DNA of 46,766 bases, from the IMG/VR virus record IMGVR_UViG_2877958089_000004. The stretch is one strand, 5' to 3'. This document shows positions 12,110 through 22,434 of this stretch, piece by piece; the stretch's first letter is position 1; each line of letters starts with the position of its first letter. The translations under genes and the position numbers were made by a program. Source of the stretch: a virus. Its lineage: Duplodnaviria; Heunggongvirae; Uroviricota; Caudoviricetes. The notes below the pieces were generated by a model. It made no database searches. It was not told the DNA's origin and saw only the letters and a list, made by a program, of their open reading frames with translations.

Positions 12110-12452
12110 AGAGAATCCTTAGCGTTGTGGTGAATGCGGCTCAGCGCACGCGGGTTAAGGTTGAGGCTGACAGTCGACCTTCTGTGGATACCCACCCGCC
12201 TGGTGTGCAACCTTCGCCAGGCACCGGGAGGCACCCGGCACCACAACTTTATGCTGTGTGTAGTCCTGGCGGTACCAGTTTGTACCCTTGCTTCCGGCTG
12301 GTACCGTCCTTTTTTGCAAAACAGAGAAGAGCATCACCGGACGACGGGCTCATAACCCAATCCATCCGGGCGGCTGCCACCGCAGGTGTTCTTCTCTGTT
12401 TTGTGGAGAAACCAACCGACCTTGCAGGGTCGATATGATGAGGAGCAGCAAA

Positions 12453-12815
12453 ATGGCTAGCGAACGCAGTACTGATGTGCAGGCATTTATCGGGGAGCTG
12501 GACGGCGGCGTATTTGAAACCAAAATCGGCGCAGTTCTCAGTGAGGTCGCTTCCGGTGTGATGAACACGAAAACCAAAGGGAAGGTCTCACTCAATCTGG
12601 AAATCGAACCGTTTGATGAGAACCGTGTGAAAATCAAACACAAACTCTCATATGTTCGCCCAACTAACCGCGGGAAAATTTCCGAAGAAGACACCACCGA
12701 AACGCCGATGTATGTCAATCGCGGTGGTCGCCTGACTATTCTGCAGGAAGACCAGGGACAATTACTGACTCTTGCCGGTGAACCTGACGGAAAACTCCGC
12801 GCAGCAGGTCGTTAA
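12453..12815 (+). CDS. yfdP: YfdP-like hypothetical protein
   Basis: 120 aa from MASERSTDVQAFIGELDGG... with GAGGAG RBS 7 nt upstream; recognised as a homologue of E. coli K-12 CPS-53 YfdP. Confidence 0.7.
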   Translation: MASERSTDVQAFIGELDGGVFETKIGAVLSEVASGVMNTKTKGKVSLNLEIEPFDENRVKIKHKLSYVRPTNRGKISEEDTTETPMYVNRGGRLTILQEDQGQLLTLAGEPDGKLRAAGR

Positions 12816-12880
12816 TATCGTTCGTAATAAACTGATTATTTATCTCATCACTGAATATCTTTATATAGTGAGGACTTATT

Positions 12881-13705
12881 ATGTCTCAGAACTTAGACGC
12901 AACCGCAATTAATCAAATCCATGCCCTTATTTCTGCTCAGGGTGTTAATGAAATTATCAGTAAGATTGGTGCCGATGCTGTGGCATTGCCTGAGAATTTC
13001 CGCATTCATGATCTGGAAAAATTTAATTTAAATCGCTTCCGTTTCCGTGGTGCACTTTCCACTGCCAGCATCGATGATTTTACCCGTTATTCTAAAGATC
13101 TTGCAGATGAAGGCACCCGCTGCTTTATCGATGCCGATAATATGCGTGCCGTCAGTGTGCTTAACCTGGGTACTATTGATGAGCCAGGTCACGCAGATAA
13201 CACTGCCACTCTCAAACTGAAAAAGACAGCACCGTTCTCTGCTCTGTTGTCTGTTAACGGCGAGCGTAACTCCCAGAAGTCACTGGCAGAATGGATCGAA
13301 GACTGGGCCGACTACCTTGTGGGCTTTGATGCTAATGGTGACGCCATTCAAGCAACAAAAGCGGCTGCGGCAGTCCGTAAAATCACGATTGAAGCAAACC
13401 AGACCGCTGATTTTGAAGATAATGACTTCAGCGGCAAACGCTCCCTGATGGAGTCTGTCGAAGCGAAGACCAAAGACATTATGCCAGTGGCATTTGAATT
13501 TAAATGCGTTCCGTTTGAAGGTCTGAAAGAACGTCCGTTTAAATTACGCCTCAGCATTATCACTGGCGATCGTCCTGTACTGGTTCTGCGCATTATTCAG
13601 CTGGAAGCGGTGCAGGAAGAAATGGCTAACGAATTTCGTGATCTGCTTGTTGAGAAATTCAAAGACAGCAAAGTAGAAACCTTTATTGGTACTTTCACCG
13701 CCTGA
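12881..13705 (+). CDS. yfdQ: YfdQ-like protein (DUF2303 family)
   Basis: 274-aa ORF, same length and recognised similarity to K-12 CPS-53 YfdQ. Confidence 0.75.
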   Translation: MSQNLDATAINQIHALISAQGVNEIISKIGADAVALPENFRIHDLEKFNLNRFRFRGALSTASIDDFTRYSKDLADEGTRCFIDADNMRAVSVLNLGTIDEPGHADNTATLKLKKTAPFSALLSVNGERNSQKSLAEWIEDWADYLVGFDANGDAIQATKAAAAVRKITIEANQTADFEDNDFSGKRSLMESVEAKTKDIMPVAFEFKCVPFEGLKERPFKLRLSIITGDRPVLVLRIIQLEAVQEEMANEFRDLLVEKFKDSKVETFIGTFTA

Positions 13706-13718
13706 TTTCATTACTGCA

Positions 13719-13745
13719 AATGCCCCTGCGGGGGCATTTATGGAA
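13719..13745 (+). terminator. Hairpin downstream of yfdQ (possible intrinsic terminator)
   Basis: AAATGCCCCTGCGGGGGCATTTAT: GC stem GCCCC/GGGGC followed by a short T-rich tract. Confidence 0.45.
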
Positions 13746-13832
13746 ACGTAATTAACTCAATAATCACCGGATGGTGAGGGCTTCCTTTTACCAGAATTCA
13801 GCGCGGTGCAGTGCATATACGTGGAGAACAAA

Positions 13833-14369
13833 ATGTCATTTATTAAAACTTTTTCCGGGAAGCATTTTTATTATGACAAGATAAATAAAGACGACATCGA
13901 TATTAACGATATCGCGGTTTCCCTTTCAAATATCTGTCGCTTTGCCGGTCATCTTTCGCACTTCTACAGCGTCGCCCAACATGCGGTTCTTTGCAGCCAG
14001 CTGGTGCCGCAGGAATTTGCTTTTGAAGCGTTAATGCATGATGCAACAGAAGCGTATTGCCAGGACATTCCCGCACCACTGAAACGCCTTCTTCCTGACT
14101 ATAAACGGATGGAAGAAAAAATAGACGCCGTAATCCGTGAGAAATACGGGTTACCCCCAGTTATGAGTACACCCGTGAAATATGCCGATCTCATCATGCT
14201 GGCAACCGAACGCCGCGATCTCGGGCTTGATGATGGCTCTTTCTGGCCTGTACTGGAAGGCATCCCGGCAACAGAGATGTTCAACGTGATTCCACTGGCA
14301 CCGGGTCATGCCTACGGGATGTTTATGGAACGTTTTAACGATTTATCGGAGTTACGCAAATGCGCATGA
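13833..14369 (+). CDS. yfdR: HD-domain phosphohydrolase, YfbR-like 5'-deoxynucleotidase family (YfdR-like)
   Basis: 178 aa from MSFIKTFSGKHFYY...; HD motif region (…HSVAQHAVL…MHDATEAYCQDIP…); start at 13833 chosen over the upstream in-frame ATG at 13806 to match the 178-aa YfdR length. Confidence 0.75.
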   Translation: MSFIKTFSGKHFYYDKINKDDIDINDIAVSLSNICRFAGHLSHFYSVAQHAVLCSQLVPQEFAFEALMHDATEAYCQDIPAPLKRLLPDYKRMEEKIDAVIREKYGLPPVMSTPVKYADLIMLATERRDLGLDDGSFWPVLEGIPATEMFNVIPLAPGHAYGMFMERFNDLSELRKCA

Positions 14370-14722
14370 ATGTTTTCGAAATGGAAGGGTTTCTTCGCGG
14401 GAAATGTGTACCGCGAGATCTGAAAGTGAACGAAACAAATGCTGAGTACCTGTTACGTAAATTCGACGCGCTTGAAGCTAAATGTGCGGCACTGGAAAAC
14501 AAAATAATACCAGTGTCAGCTGAACTGCCACCAGCAAATGAAAGTGTTCTGTTATTTGATGCTAATGGAGAAGGCTGGCTGATTGGCTGGCGTTCTCTCT
14601 GGTACACCTGGGGACAAAAAGAAACCGGAGAATGGCAGTGGACATTTCAGGTCGGGGACCTTGAAAACGTCAATATCACTCACTGGGCAGTAATGCCAAA
14701 AGCACCGGAGGCTGGAGCATAA
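14360..14722 (+). CDS. yfdS: YfdS-like hypothetical protein
   Basis: 120-aa ORF overlapping the yfdR stop; N-terminal domain paralogous to the ORF at 41557-42102. Confidence 0.7.
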   Translation: MRMNVFEMEGFLRGKCVPRDLKVNETNAEYLLRKFDALEAKCAALENKIIPVSAELPPANESVLLFDANGEGWLIGWRSLWYTWGQKETGEWQWTFQVGDLENVNITHWAVMPKAPEAGA

Positions 14723-14729
14723 TGACCAC

Positions 14730-14829
14730 NNNNNNNNNNNNNNNNNNNNNNNNNNNNNNNNNNNNNNNNNNNNNNNNNNNNNNNNNNNNNNNNNNNNNNN
14801 NNNNNNNNNNNNNNNNNNNNNNNNNNNNN
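14730..14829. other. Assembly gap (100 N)
   Basis: Run of exactly 100 N. Confidence 0.99.
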
Positions 14830-15178
14830 GGCCAATCATTGCGCAGTACATCTGACCGTGGCGGAATTTGCGCGCAGCGAACGATGTGACGCACTGAACG
14901 GTGGTGTTAGTCAGAATGTATCGCCAGAACGCCAGCCCGATTTCCTTGCTGAATCCGCGAATCTCTGGCAGGTACATGGCGTGGCAATCGAATGTCAGCG
15001 GCTGAATCTCCTGATAGTAAACAATGCCGCCAAACTGCCCGTGCACGTTCACCTCAAAGTAACGGCAATCAGGTTTGTAGTCGTATCCATCACCGTTGTT
15101 GCTCCCGGCAATAATGTCAGGGTGATTTCCGACTGCTTCGATCAGGTCGATGTTTCGCGTTGGTTTGAATGTAATCAT
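14830..15178 (-). CDS. P22 gp14-like ejection/assembly protein; 3' end lost in assembly gap (partial)
   Basis: ORF starts [23 protein letters not shown]... at 15178 and runs into the N run; position directly downstream of the tail-needle gene as in P22. Confidence 0.55.
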
Positions 15179-15879
15179 CAGTCAATCAGCCCATGTAATC
15201 TAAGTGCTGTTTCAAGCGCCAGAATACGCTGCCGCGCCTGCTGCAAACCTGTTGCGAGAGCTGCGACTTCGGATTGCGTGTACGTAGTGCCGACAGTGTA
15301 TGACTGGTTTGCGTTGAATGAGCCAAGAAGTGGCGTACCTGTGGCTGCAGTCCATCCGGTATTTCTTGCTCCAACGACCTGAATTCCATCAACTGAATAT
15401 GATGTTTTTACATCCAGCGGTGACGCAAGAGACTGCGATTCTGTTACGGTTTTCGATACGTAATCACTCTTAATGCCAGAGACATCGTTTTCTACGTCAT
15501 CCAGTCTTTGGTCAACAGTGACCAGATGCGCCTGAATATCGACAACCTCATCCAGCAAGTAATCAACATCGCTACGCAGTACGACTATCTTCCCTTCGGC
15601 AGTTGTTAACCTGACCTCAAGGAGATTTATCGCTTTTGTGTTTGCGGAGATTCTTGCATCGTGGTCAGCCAGTTCGACATCCTGTTCATCGTTTTTCACC
15701 TGAGCATCGTAAGCGCCCTGACCAGCCTGATTTGCCTTCCCGGCAATTGCGCCGACATCAGCCCCCTGATTAATGACATACAGTAGGTAAGACTGGCTGA
15801 ATATATTGCGTGGAAGGATTGATGTATCGAGTCGTGTAGCCTGAATTGTTACCGGCTTATTGAGATTCGAATCCGCCAT
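15178..15879 (-). CDS. Tail needle protein, P22 gp26-like
   Basis: 233 aa (same length as P22 gp26), coiled-coil-rich, positioned between gp10 and gp14 homologues. Confidence 0.7.
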   Translation of the reverse strand: MADSNLNKPVTIQATRLDTSILPRNIFSQSYLLYVINQGADVGAIAGKANQAGQGAYDAQVKNDEQDVELADHDARISANTKAINLLEVRLTTAEGKIVVLRSDVDYLLDEVVDIQAHLVTVDQRLDDVENDVSGIKSDYVSKTVTESQSLASPLDVKTSYSVDGIQVVGARNTGWTAATGTPLLGSFNANQSYTVGTTYTQSEVAALATGLQQARQRILALETALRLHGLID

Positions 15880-17297
15880 TACTCAATCCTTATCTGGCAG
15901 CCAGACAGAGTGACAGGTGACTTCGTGATAACGCGCAATTTGAAGCCGACATTTTTCCTGATGCGCCCGACTCGCTTCCACAAAACGCGTTTGTCGTAAA
16001 CGAATGGTTCATTCTGCTCAATCATCTGCTCACGCCCGTAATTGATGCCGTCAGTGGTTGCAGAGAGAAAAAGGCGGTCAGCATACTGCGCAACACCAGT
16101 TGAAGATTCAACTTCAAGGTCGAAAACTCTGCCGTTATCAGCTTTGAACAACGGAGTAAACAGCAGGTGTTCCTGTTGCTTGTCGTACTGGCTGCTGATG
16201 TCGAATTGCAATTTCCCGGTCACGGACTCCAGCTTATCGCCGCACGTTATCTGATTGCCTTCGTAAATGAAGTCGATAGCGCGGTACACATCGTCATACA
16301 GGCCTGTTTTCAGCACACACCATTGTGGGCCATTGGCGCTTGAAGATGCGTCGTACACGAGGACGTGGCGCGGAAGGTGGATAATCAGCAACTCATGAGC
16401 ATCAAATCGCAGCGATTCCATCACACCATCAGCCAGTTCATCAGCAGTGTAGGAGCGGAGGATTTTCTCAATGCTCGCGCTGGCGATTGGTGACACCTGA
16501 CCGGATCCGATGATGTATACAGACGGAGCACCTGTTGCCGGATTGCTGATGAACGCATAAGAATCAGCGAATGGCGTTTTGCAGTAAGTCCCGGCAATGC
16601 CTTTCTGCACCATCAGCGATGGCTGTGCAACATACAAAGCGGCACCAACGGTGGTTGCGCCAGTAAGGGAGAAATATTCAATAGTCGATGAACCAAAGCA
16701 GACGATGAAGTCTCGCCATGTGCCGATGCCGATGATGCCGTCAGGCTGCGATTCTGCGCGATATTGTGCGCTGTATCGGTCAGGATGTGATTCGTCTTCA
16801 AGGTCAGTGATAAACCATGAATCAGTGCCGTCTTTTGACCACGCATAACGCCCACGTAAGCGCGTAATGTCGCGGACTGAGCCTAACTCGTACTGTGTGA
16901 ATCCGCTGTCTGTAGGCCAGTTTGAGACTGTTTTAACCGTGCCATCATAGCGATACTCGACCAGTTGACCATTAACGCCTACCGCCTGAGATGTTCGACC
17001 ATGCGCCATTGATACACGACCACTTCCGGCAACATCACCGACTTCACTTTCGCCTTTGTACAGCTTGCCCCCACACACGCGATATACAGCACTCTGCGCC
17101 ATGTTGTACTCGACGCCGCGCGATATACCGTTCACATCAGAACGTTTGGCAATGCCCGGGAATGAGCGAAGATATCCGCTGCTGTTAAGGATTTCTTTGG
17201 GTGTAGCCAACATATTCACTGGCAGATAGTCGATATAGTCGGCGTTTCGAAAGTCTTTGCCGACACCTTTCATAAGCGGAAGTTGCTGAATCGGCAT
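15879..17297 (-). CDS. Tail accessory (tail hub) protein, P22 gp10-like
   Basis: 472 aa (same length as P22 gp10); synteny gp4-gp10-gp26. Confidence 0.7.
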   Translation of the reverse strand: MPIQQLPLMKGVGKDFRNADYIDYLPVNMLATPKEILNSSGYLRSFPGIAKRSDVNGISRGVEYNMAQSAVYRVCGGKLYKGESEVGDVAGSGRVSMAHGRTSQAVGVNGQLVEYRYDGTVKTVSNWPTDSGFTQYELGSVRDITRLRGRYAWSKDGTDSWFITDLEDESHPDRYSAQYRAESQPDGIIGIGTWRDFIVCFGSSTIEYFSLTGATTVGAALYVAQPSLMVQKGIAGTYCKTPFADSYAFISNPATGAPSVYIIGSGQVSPIASASIEKILRSYTADELADGVMESLRFDAHELLIIHLPRHVLVYDASSSANGPQWCVLKTGLYDDVYRAIDFIYEGNQITCGDKLESVTGKLQFDISSQYDKQQEHLLFTPLFKADNGRVFDLEVESSTGVAQYADRLFLSATTDGINYGREQMIEQNEPFVYDKRVLWKRVGRIRKNVGFKLRVITKSPVTLSGCQIRIE

Positions 17298-17306
17298 TTA
17301 TTCACC

Positions 17307-17768
17307 TCACGCACTCGGATCATCTTTCTCGATGTAAAACCGATTCCACGTAAACGCGCTTTTGTTACCACTACCGCGAGGCATGTCATTTCGCCGCTCA
17401 AGTGGTGGTATTTTGGTTAAAGCGATACAGATTGTCTGATATGCACTGTCAGCAGCGGTAAGGAGAGCGTCTGACGGCTGAATGACGTTATCCATGCACA
17501 CTTGCACAGCGAGTTTCAAAGCTACGCCATCATTTGCCCATGCAGGGATACCTGAATCATCGTCCGGTAACGGCATGATGCCGTTTTCTGTATCAGCAAA
17601 CTGATACCCAAGCTCGATACCTTTAGCCTGCCATGCTGCCATCATGTCTTCGAGGTCATTAATGGCATCTTCAATTGCCTGAGGGTCAGCATCTGTCAAC
17701 GTGGCATTGGAATACAGCCCAGCTTTTCGTAAAGCCTTTAGAACGAGATCACCCTTCGTTTTCGCCAT
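17307..17768 (-). CDS. Head completion / tail accessory protein, P22 gp4-like
   Basis: 153-aa ORF directly downstream of the coat region, upstream of gp10. Confidence 0.6.
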   Translation of the reverse strand: MAKTKGDLVLKALRKAGLYSNATLTDADPQAIEDAINDLEDMMAAWQAKGIELGYQFADTENGIMPLPDDDSGIPAWANDGVALKLAVQVCMDNVIQPSDALLTAADSAYQTICIALTKIPPLERRNDMPRGSGNKSAFTWNRFYIEKDDPSA

Positions 17769-17937
17769 CTTCTTCCGCCTTAGCCACTTTTTTCTTCGTT
17801 GCGGTTTCTTCAGGAGTTTTTACCCAACCTTTTTTCAGGTGAGATTTAACTTCTTCGTCATCAACAATGATGTAATCGACAGCAAACTGACCACAGGTGA
17901 TCATGTTGCCAGGCTTATAGAGCATTGTTCGTGCCAT
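17749..17937 (-). CDS. Small hypothetical protein between coat and gp4-like genes
   Basis: 62-aa ORF from MARTMLYKPG... with GGGAGAAG RBS; lysine/glutamate-rich C-terminus. Confidence 0.4.
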   Translation of the reverse strand: MARTMLYKPGNMITCGQFAVDYIIVDDEEVKSHLKKGWVKTPEETATKKKVAKAEEDGENEG

Positions 17938-17948
17938 TGTCTTCTCCC

Positions 17949-17975
17949 AATAAAAATGGGGCCGAAGCCCCACAA
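17949..17975 (-). terminator. Intrinsic terminator just downstream of the coat gene
   Basis: On the minus strand GGGGCTTCGGCCCC hairpin followed by ATTTTTATT, placed right after the coat stop codon. Confidence 0.6.
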
Positions 17976-17978
17976 AAA

Positions 17979-19232
17979 TTACTGCCCGGCAATAACGATG
18001 CCCGTATATTCAGGAACAAGTACAGAGCAACCGTACAGAGTGGTGAAACGAGCAGTGGTTACGCCTTTGATGTGGTCGAAGGCATAAGACATGATCAGCG
18101 TAGCGCCCTGCTCGGTGGTTGCTGTCATTACCTGTGGACCCTGCCCAGTCGGGAACGCCAGTTTGCCGTACATCAGTTCAACAGAACCATCAGCCCAGAA
18201 CAGGTTAGCCGGTGCGGCATTTTTGTTGAGAATGGTGATTGCTGCTGATGCTGCCGGCTTGGCATCGACGTTTGCATATGGACGACTCGCAACATCGGCA
18301 TTTTCAACAGGGAGAATCTTTGGAGAGATTGTTACGGTAGTTCCGCTAACAGCCAGAACACGGAATACCTGCGGTTGCCCGGTGGTATCTTTTGTGATCT
18401 GGTGTACGGAATTCACACCGGCAATGGTGAACGCATCACCAACCTGCAAGCCAGATGCAGATACCGTAATAGTCCCCTGTCGGTTATCAACTGGCATACC
18501 ATTTGAATCTTTCGCTTCAACCTTGTGTTCAGGTTGGCCTGATACCGTCAAGGATTCAGCGCTTCCTTTCGGTAATCGACCAGAAATATCGGTCTTGTAG
18601 CTATCAAAGGAAGCAACCGGAGGGATCTGCGCTTTTTCGTATGCTGTCAGGGTTGCGCCCTGAGCATAGGCACGGTGACCAAGCTCGCCAGCAAGATCTT
18701 TGTAGTTGAAGGGGTTCCAGAAAGAGCGACGGTTGATACCCTGAGGCACACCAATCGCCGTCATGGTGGCATCAATGCCTGCCGCACAGTTCCACAAATC
18801 ACGGCCCTGTGTACCTGTGGTTGAGTCAGCCATCGTGATCACGTTAGTAGCACGCTGCGTGACCATGGAAATCAGGTCAGAGTCAATCTGTGCAGCAAGG
18901 CGCATACCTGCGGCGCGACCAGCTTCAGTTTTATGTTCCGGGTCACGCATTTCACGCGCATCCAGAGTGTACAGAATGTTTTTCGGCTCCTTGAACACAG
19001 AAGGAACAAGGCGCTGAACCAGTGCTGTTGGCGTTTTGCCGCTGAGGTCTAGGCCTTCCTCAATGTTCATGTGGTAATGCTGCGGACGATACAGAACATC
19101 ACCTGCTCGCTGCATTGCTGTATCACCGGGACGGAATTTTTTAGCGTTACGGGAAACTACGCAGGCGGCCTCAAAGCCTTCAACGTAGTTTTCGAACATG
19201 ATTTCAAGGTCTTTTGCTAATTGGTTAACCAT
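17979..19232 (-). CDS. Major capsid (coat) protein, P22 gp5-like
   Basis: 417 aa; follows the scaffold gene; C-terminal region (…NLFWADGS…) resembles the P22 coat protein. Confidence 0.8.
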   Translation of the reverse strand: MVNQLAKDLEIMFENYVEGFEAACVVSRNAKKFRPGDTAMQRAGDVLYRPQHYHMNIEEGLDLSGKTPTALVQRLVPSVFKEPKNILYTLDAREMRDPEHKTEAGRAAGMRLAAQIDSDLISMVTQRATNVITMADSTTGTQGRDLWNCAAGIDATMTAIGVPQGINRRSFWNPFNYKDLAGELGHRAYAQGATLTAYEKAQIPPVASFDSYKTDISGRLPKGSAESLTVSGQPEHKVEAKDSNGMPVDNRQGTITVSASGLQVGDAFTIAGVNSVHQITKDTTGQPQVFRVLAVSGTTVTISPKILPVENADVASRPYANVDAKPAASAAITILNKNAAPANLFWADGSVELMYGKLAFPTGQGPQVMTATTEQGATLIMSYAFDHIKGVTTARFTTLYGCSVLVPEYTGIVIAGQ

Positions 19233-19250
19233 GCTTAATGCTCCGATAGG

Positions 19251-20144
19251 TTATTTTTTTGCCTTTTTAGCGGCGAAATACGGCGTCCAGTCACCAGTTT
19301 CCAGCGCCTTGGCTTTCAGTTTGTCTAGGTTGTTGATTACTGCGCCGTTGCTACCCTTAACTGTCGGGGTTGTGGCTGCCGTGGTTTTTGCTTTTGGCAT
19401 GATTCTGGCCTTCGATTCGATACGTTCCAGCAGACGACCAATTGCTACGGGGTTGGTAGCTTCTGCCAGTTGCTTGCGCAGTTCAGCGTTGCGACCGAGT
19501 GCCAGAACAACGATTTCCGGCTTCTCTGACTCAAACAAGATCGCGTTTTGTGTCTCGATGGGGATTTCCTCGAGTACGGCCTGCTCAGCTTCCTGATAGC
19601 CAGGAACTTTGAGAGCCTTAACACGTTGCTGATATTTGGATAATCGCTCTTGATAGGCAGCCTGAAGCTCCTGCTCCTTCTGCTTGCGAGCCATCTCCTG
19701 TTGCTGGTACTTGCCGTTATCCTCTGCCCACTTAGCCATGCGTTGCTGATAGATTTCTTCATCGAAACCGATGTCCTCATCATCCAGTTTTGGCATTCGC
19801 GGTGGTTGAGTGATTACCGGCTGCTGCTCGACGGGTTTCTGAGACTGACGCATCAGCTCTTTCAGCTCGCGGTCTTTCTCTTTAATCGTCTTGCGCAGGT
19901 GTTTTACCAGTCCATGCTCTGCGCTATCTTCGCTGGTTGGCGAATCCAGCTTTTCTTCACCAAAGTAGAATTCCTGTTCTGATTCGTCGTCATCAGTTTC
20001 AGTAGCTTCCTCTGCATCATTGCCGGAGGACTCACTGCCATCTTCTGTTTCGACTTCTTCAGCCAGTTCGACATCATCAGGAATCTGCTCTGACGCGTCG
20101 GTTTCGATTTCAACTTCTGGTGTGTTTTCTGCCATCTGGTCCAT
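19251..20144 (-). CDS. Scaffolding protein, P22 gp8-like
   Basis: 297 aa, highly acidic/charged and helical; located between portal and coat. Confidence 0.75.
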   Translation of the reverse strand: MDQMAENTPEVEIETDASEQIPDDVELAEEVETEDGSESSGNDAEEATETDDDESEQEFYFGEEKLDSPTSEDSAEHGLVKHLRKTIKEKDRELKELMRQSQKPVEQQPVITQPPRMPKLDDEDIGFDEEIYQQRMAKWAEDNGKYQQQEMARKQKEQELQAAYQERLSKYQQRVKALKVPGYQEAEQAVLEEIPIETQNAILFESEKPEIVVLALGRNAELRKQLAEATNPVAIGRLLERIESKARIMPKAKTTAATTPTVKGSNGAVINNLDKLKAKALETGDWTPYFAAKKAKK

Positions 20145-20234
20145 TTGTTACCCCTGTTTACTCGATGTTCAGCCCATCGGAAGGCAATAGGGTGCCAGGC
20201 CTCATAAAGACAGCCATTGCACGTTATGGGTTAA

Positions 20235-22433
20235 TTACTGCTGTGGTTGTTGCCGGGTTGATTTTTGCAGGATGCTGCTGATGTCCATGCGCTGCGCATG
20301 GCCCTGTGCCTGACTTTTCAGGACAAGCTCTGCATCAGCACGGGCATTGTCTCCTTGCTGTTGCTGGAACTGTCCGAGCAGTTTCAGAGCCTCGCGGATA
20401 TCAGATTTCTGCTGGCTATCGGCAGATGCGAGTATTTTCACAACATTTGCCGCTGCAACCTGAGCATCAGTCTGTGCCTGGAATGCTTTAACCTGAATGG
20501 CTGCCTGTTCGTTCTGCGCTTTCTGCAATTCAGCCTGACCAGCAAGAAGCTGACCTTGCGCTGCAACCATAGCCGGATCTGGCTGACTGGCCTGTTGTTG
20601 TTTCGCCTGTTCAACCACCTGCTGTTCTTCAGGCGTTCTCGGCTTGATAACGCCAGACAGAAGCAACTGATTGCGGTTGTATTCTTTCAGATCGTCCATC
20701 CCTTCGCCGTCCATATTGTCGAGAATCATCGACGATACAAGGTCGTGCTTCGGCGTTCCTGGTGGGATAAGTGCCAGCATGGAAAGTAACGACTTAACCG
20801 TTGCATCACGGCGAGTAGCGAACGACTGACCGACATCGACAGTCACTTCATAGTTGCCCTGCGAAAGGTCATTAAGCGCGATAACCTGTCCTGTCTGACG
20901 GTCAACCACTTCACCAGTCATCAGCGCCACGTCATCGCTGCCGTCATCATTAACGATACGCATCGGCGTATCACTGCCATAGACCTCACGTGCCATAGAA
21001 AGCCACACGACGCCAGCGCGACGCATGGATTTAGCCATGTTGTCCATGTAGATATAGGACTGCGTATCCATCCGGTTAAAGATGCTATCAACGGTATCGG
21101 TGGCGACGTTGCTCGGCATGTTCTCAAGCTGCGACGCACCTGTAATTTGCTGAATAGCCGTTCCGGTGTACTGCAATAGCCCGGCAAGAGCTGGAGGCAT
21201 TTGTGTTGGAGGGGTCCAGCCAGCAACCTGAGCCTCTGAAATGACTGTTCCGTTTTTGTCCTTCTTGCTGGTCATAGGAAGAACTGCAGGTCTTTTCTTA
21301 TTCCTCTCTGCCCAGTGATTCATTAATGGACCGGGAATGAAATCAACATCCACGATAGGAATGCCATCACCGCCAGCCTGAGTAGCGTTATCTGCAATCA
21401 TGGAAACCATAAGGTTCTCAAGACGCTGTGCATCCATCGCTTTTGCAGCGTGGCCTTCGATTCGCTCCTGATTATCAACAAATGAGCGACGCCCATATAC
21501 CGGGATGAGAGGAATATGTTCACCCGGAATACGCTTCGGTTCTTCCAGCCATTCAGCGCCAGACAGAAGGCCGCAATAAACGCGGCGTTTCTTCACTGTC
21601 CGCTCGCCAATCAGTTCGAATGCGCCATCGGTCAGCTCGTCAACAACATCTTTGATTTGCTCTTCATCATAGATTGCCGTTTCTCCGCTAACAGGGTTGC
21701 GCCACGCCGTGAGCTTCACCTTCTCTATGCGAACTTCGTAGTAGCGTCCAACATAGATGGCATCGGGCGTTGACCAGTCATACTGAGTACCAGTGTCATC
21801 ACGAGAAAGGCTTGCTGCGATGGAATCAGGGTATTCAGCCTCGAACGCTTTAGGCGTCATGGAGAACATTTCCATAGCCCACATAGCATCAGAGCGGTCA
21901 TATTGCTTGCTGTCCTGATCAAAGAAGACGCATGTCGCTGGGTCGTAAACAGGGAGAAGGCTTATACGGCGTTGCTCGTTACTCGGATCCATTTCATCTT
22001 CGTAATCGGCACACATGCGGAAACAACCGAATCCGCCCGTTACGGCATCATCAAATGCGTTATCACACGCTTCGCCACCGGATGTTTCCTGATAGTCAGC
22101 GCGGAATTTGCCGTTCATTTTTTCGGCTAACGCTTCCGATGCCTTGTCATCCTTCGGCCTGAATTTAACGCTGATGCGATTCTGTCGATACTCGCCAATG
22201 ATGCGATCACATTCACGGGCAATCTTATTCAGTTCAAAGCGCGGGTAATGCTCAAACCTGCCTTCATCAAATGAGTAACCAGCGTTTGTGCTGCCTTCCC
22301 ACTGTGCGCCGGATACCCGGACGAAACGTTGAGCCTCAATAATCTGCTCACGCATATCCTGCGTTGCTGACCAGGCATTATCAAAGTTGCACAGCACCTT
22401 GCGATGCCAGTCAGTCATCTTTTTTTCTGCCAT
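20235..22433 (-). CDS. Portal protein, P22 gp1-like
   Basis: 732 aa; immediately downstream of the large terminase; Gln-rich C-terminal tail. Confidence 0.8.
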   Translation of the reverse strand: MAEKKMTDWHRKVLCNFDNAWSATQDMREQIIEAQRFVRVSGAQWEGSTNAGYSFDEGRFEHYPRFELNKIARECDRIIGEYRQNRISVKFRPKDDKASEALAEKMNGKFRADYQETSGGEACDNAFDDAVTGGFGCFRMCADYEDEMDPSNEQRRISLLPVYDPATCVFFDQDSKQYDRSDAMWAMEMFSMTPKAFEAEYPDSIAASLSRDDTGTQYDWSTPDAIYVGRYYEVRIEKVKLTAWRNPVSGETAIYDEEQIKDVVDELTDGAFELIGERTVKKRRVYCGLLSGAEWLEEPKRIPGEHIPLIPVYGRRSFVDNQERIEGHAAKAMDAQRLENLMVSMIADNATQAGGDGIPIVDVDFIPGPLMNHWAERNKKRPAVLPMTSKKDKNGTVISEAQVAGWTPPTQMPPALAGLLQYTGTAIQQITGASQLENMPSNVATDTVDSIFNRMDTQSYIYMDNMAKSMRRAGVVWLSMAREVYGSDTPMRIVNDDGSDDVALMTGEVVDRQTGQVIALNDLSQGNYEVTVDVGQSFATRRDATVKSLLSMLALIPPGTPKHDLVSSMILDNMDGEGMDDLKEYNRNQLLLSGVIKPRTPEEQQVVEQAKQQQASQPDPAMVAAQGQLLAGQAELQKAQNEQAAIQVKAFQAQTDAQVAAANVVKILASADSQQKSDIREALKLLGQFQQQQGDNARADAELVLKSQAQGHAQRMDISSILQKSTRQQPQQ

Positions 22434-22434
22434 A

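Noticed and set aside
12007-12438. ORFs of 79, 103, 73 and 60 aa around the first N gap and upstream of yfdP
   Set aside because: They overlap the N run or each other in a GC-rich non-coding leader with no RBS support; most likely spurious.
12010-14829. The N runs themselves as biological features
   Set aside because: Runs of exactly 100 N are the conventional scaffold-gap placeholder, not real sequence.
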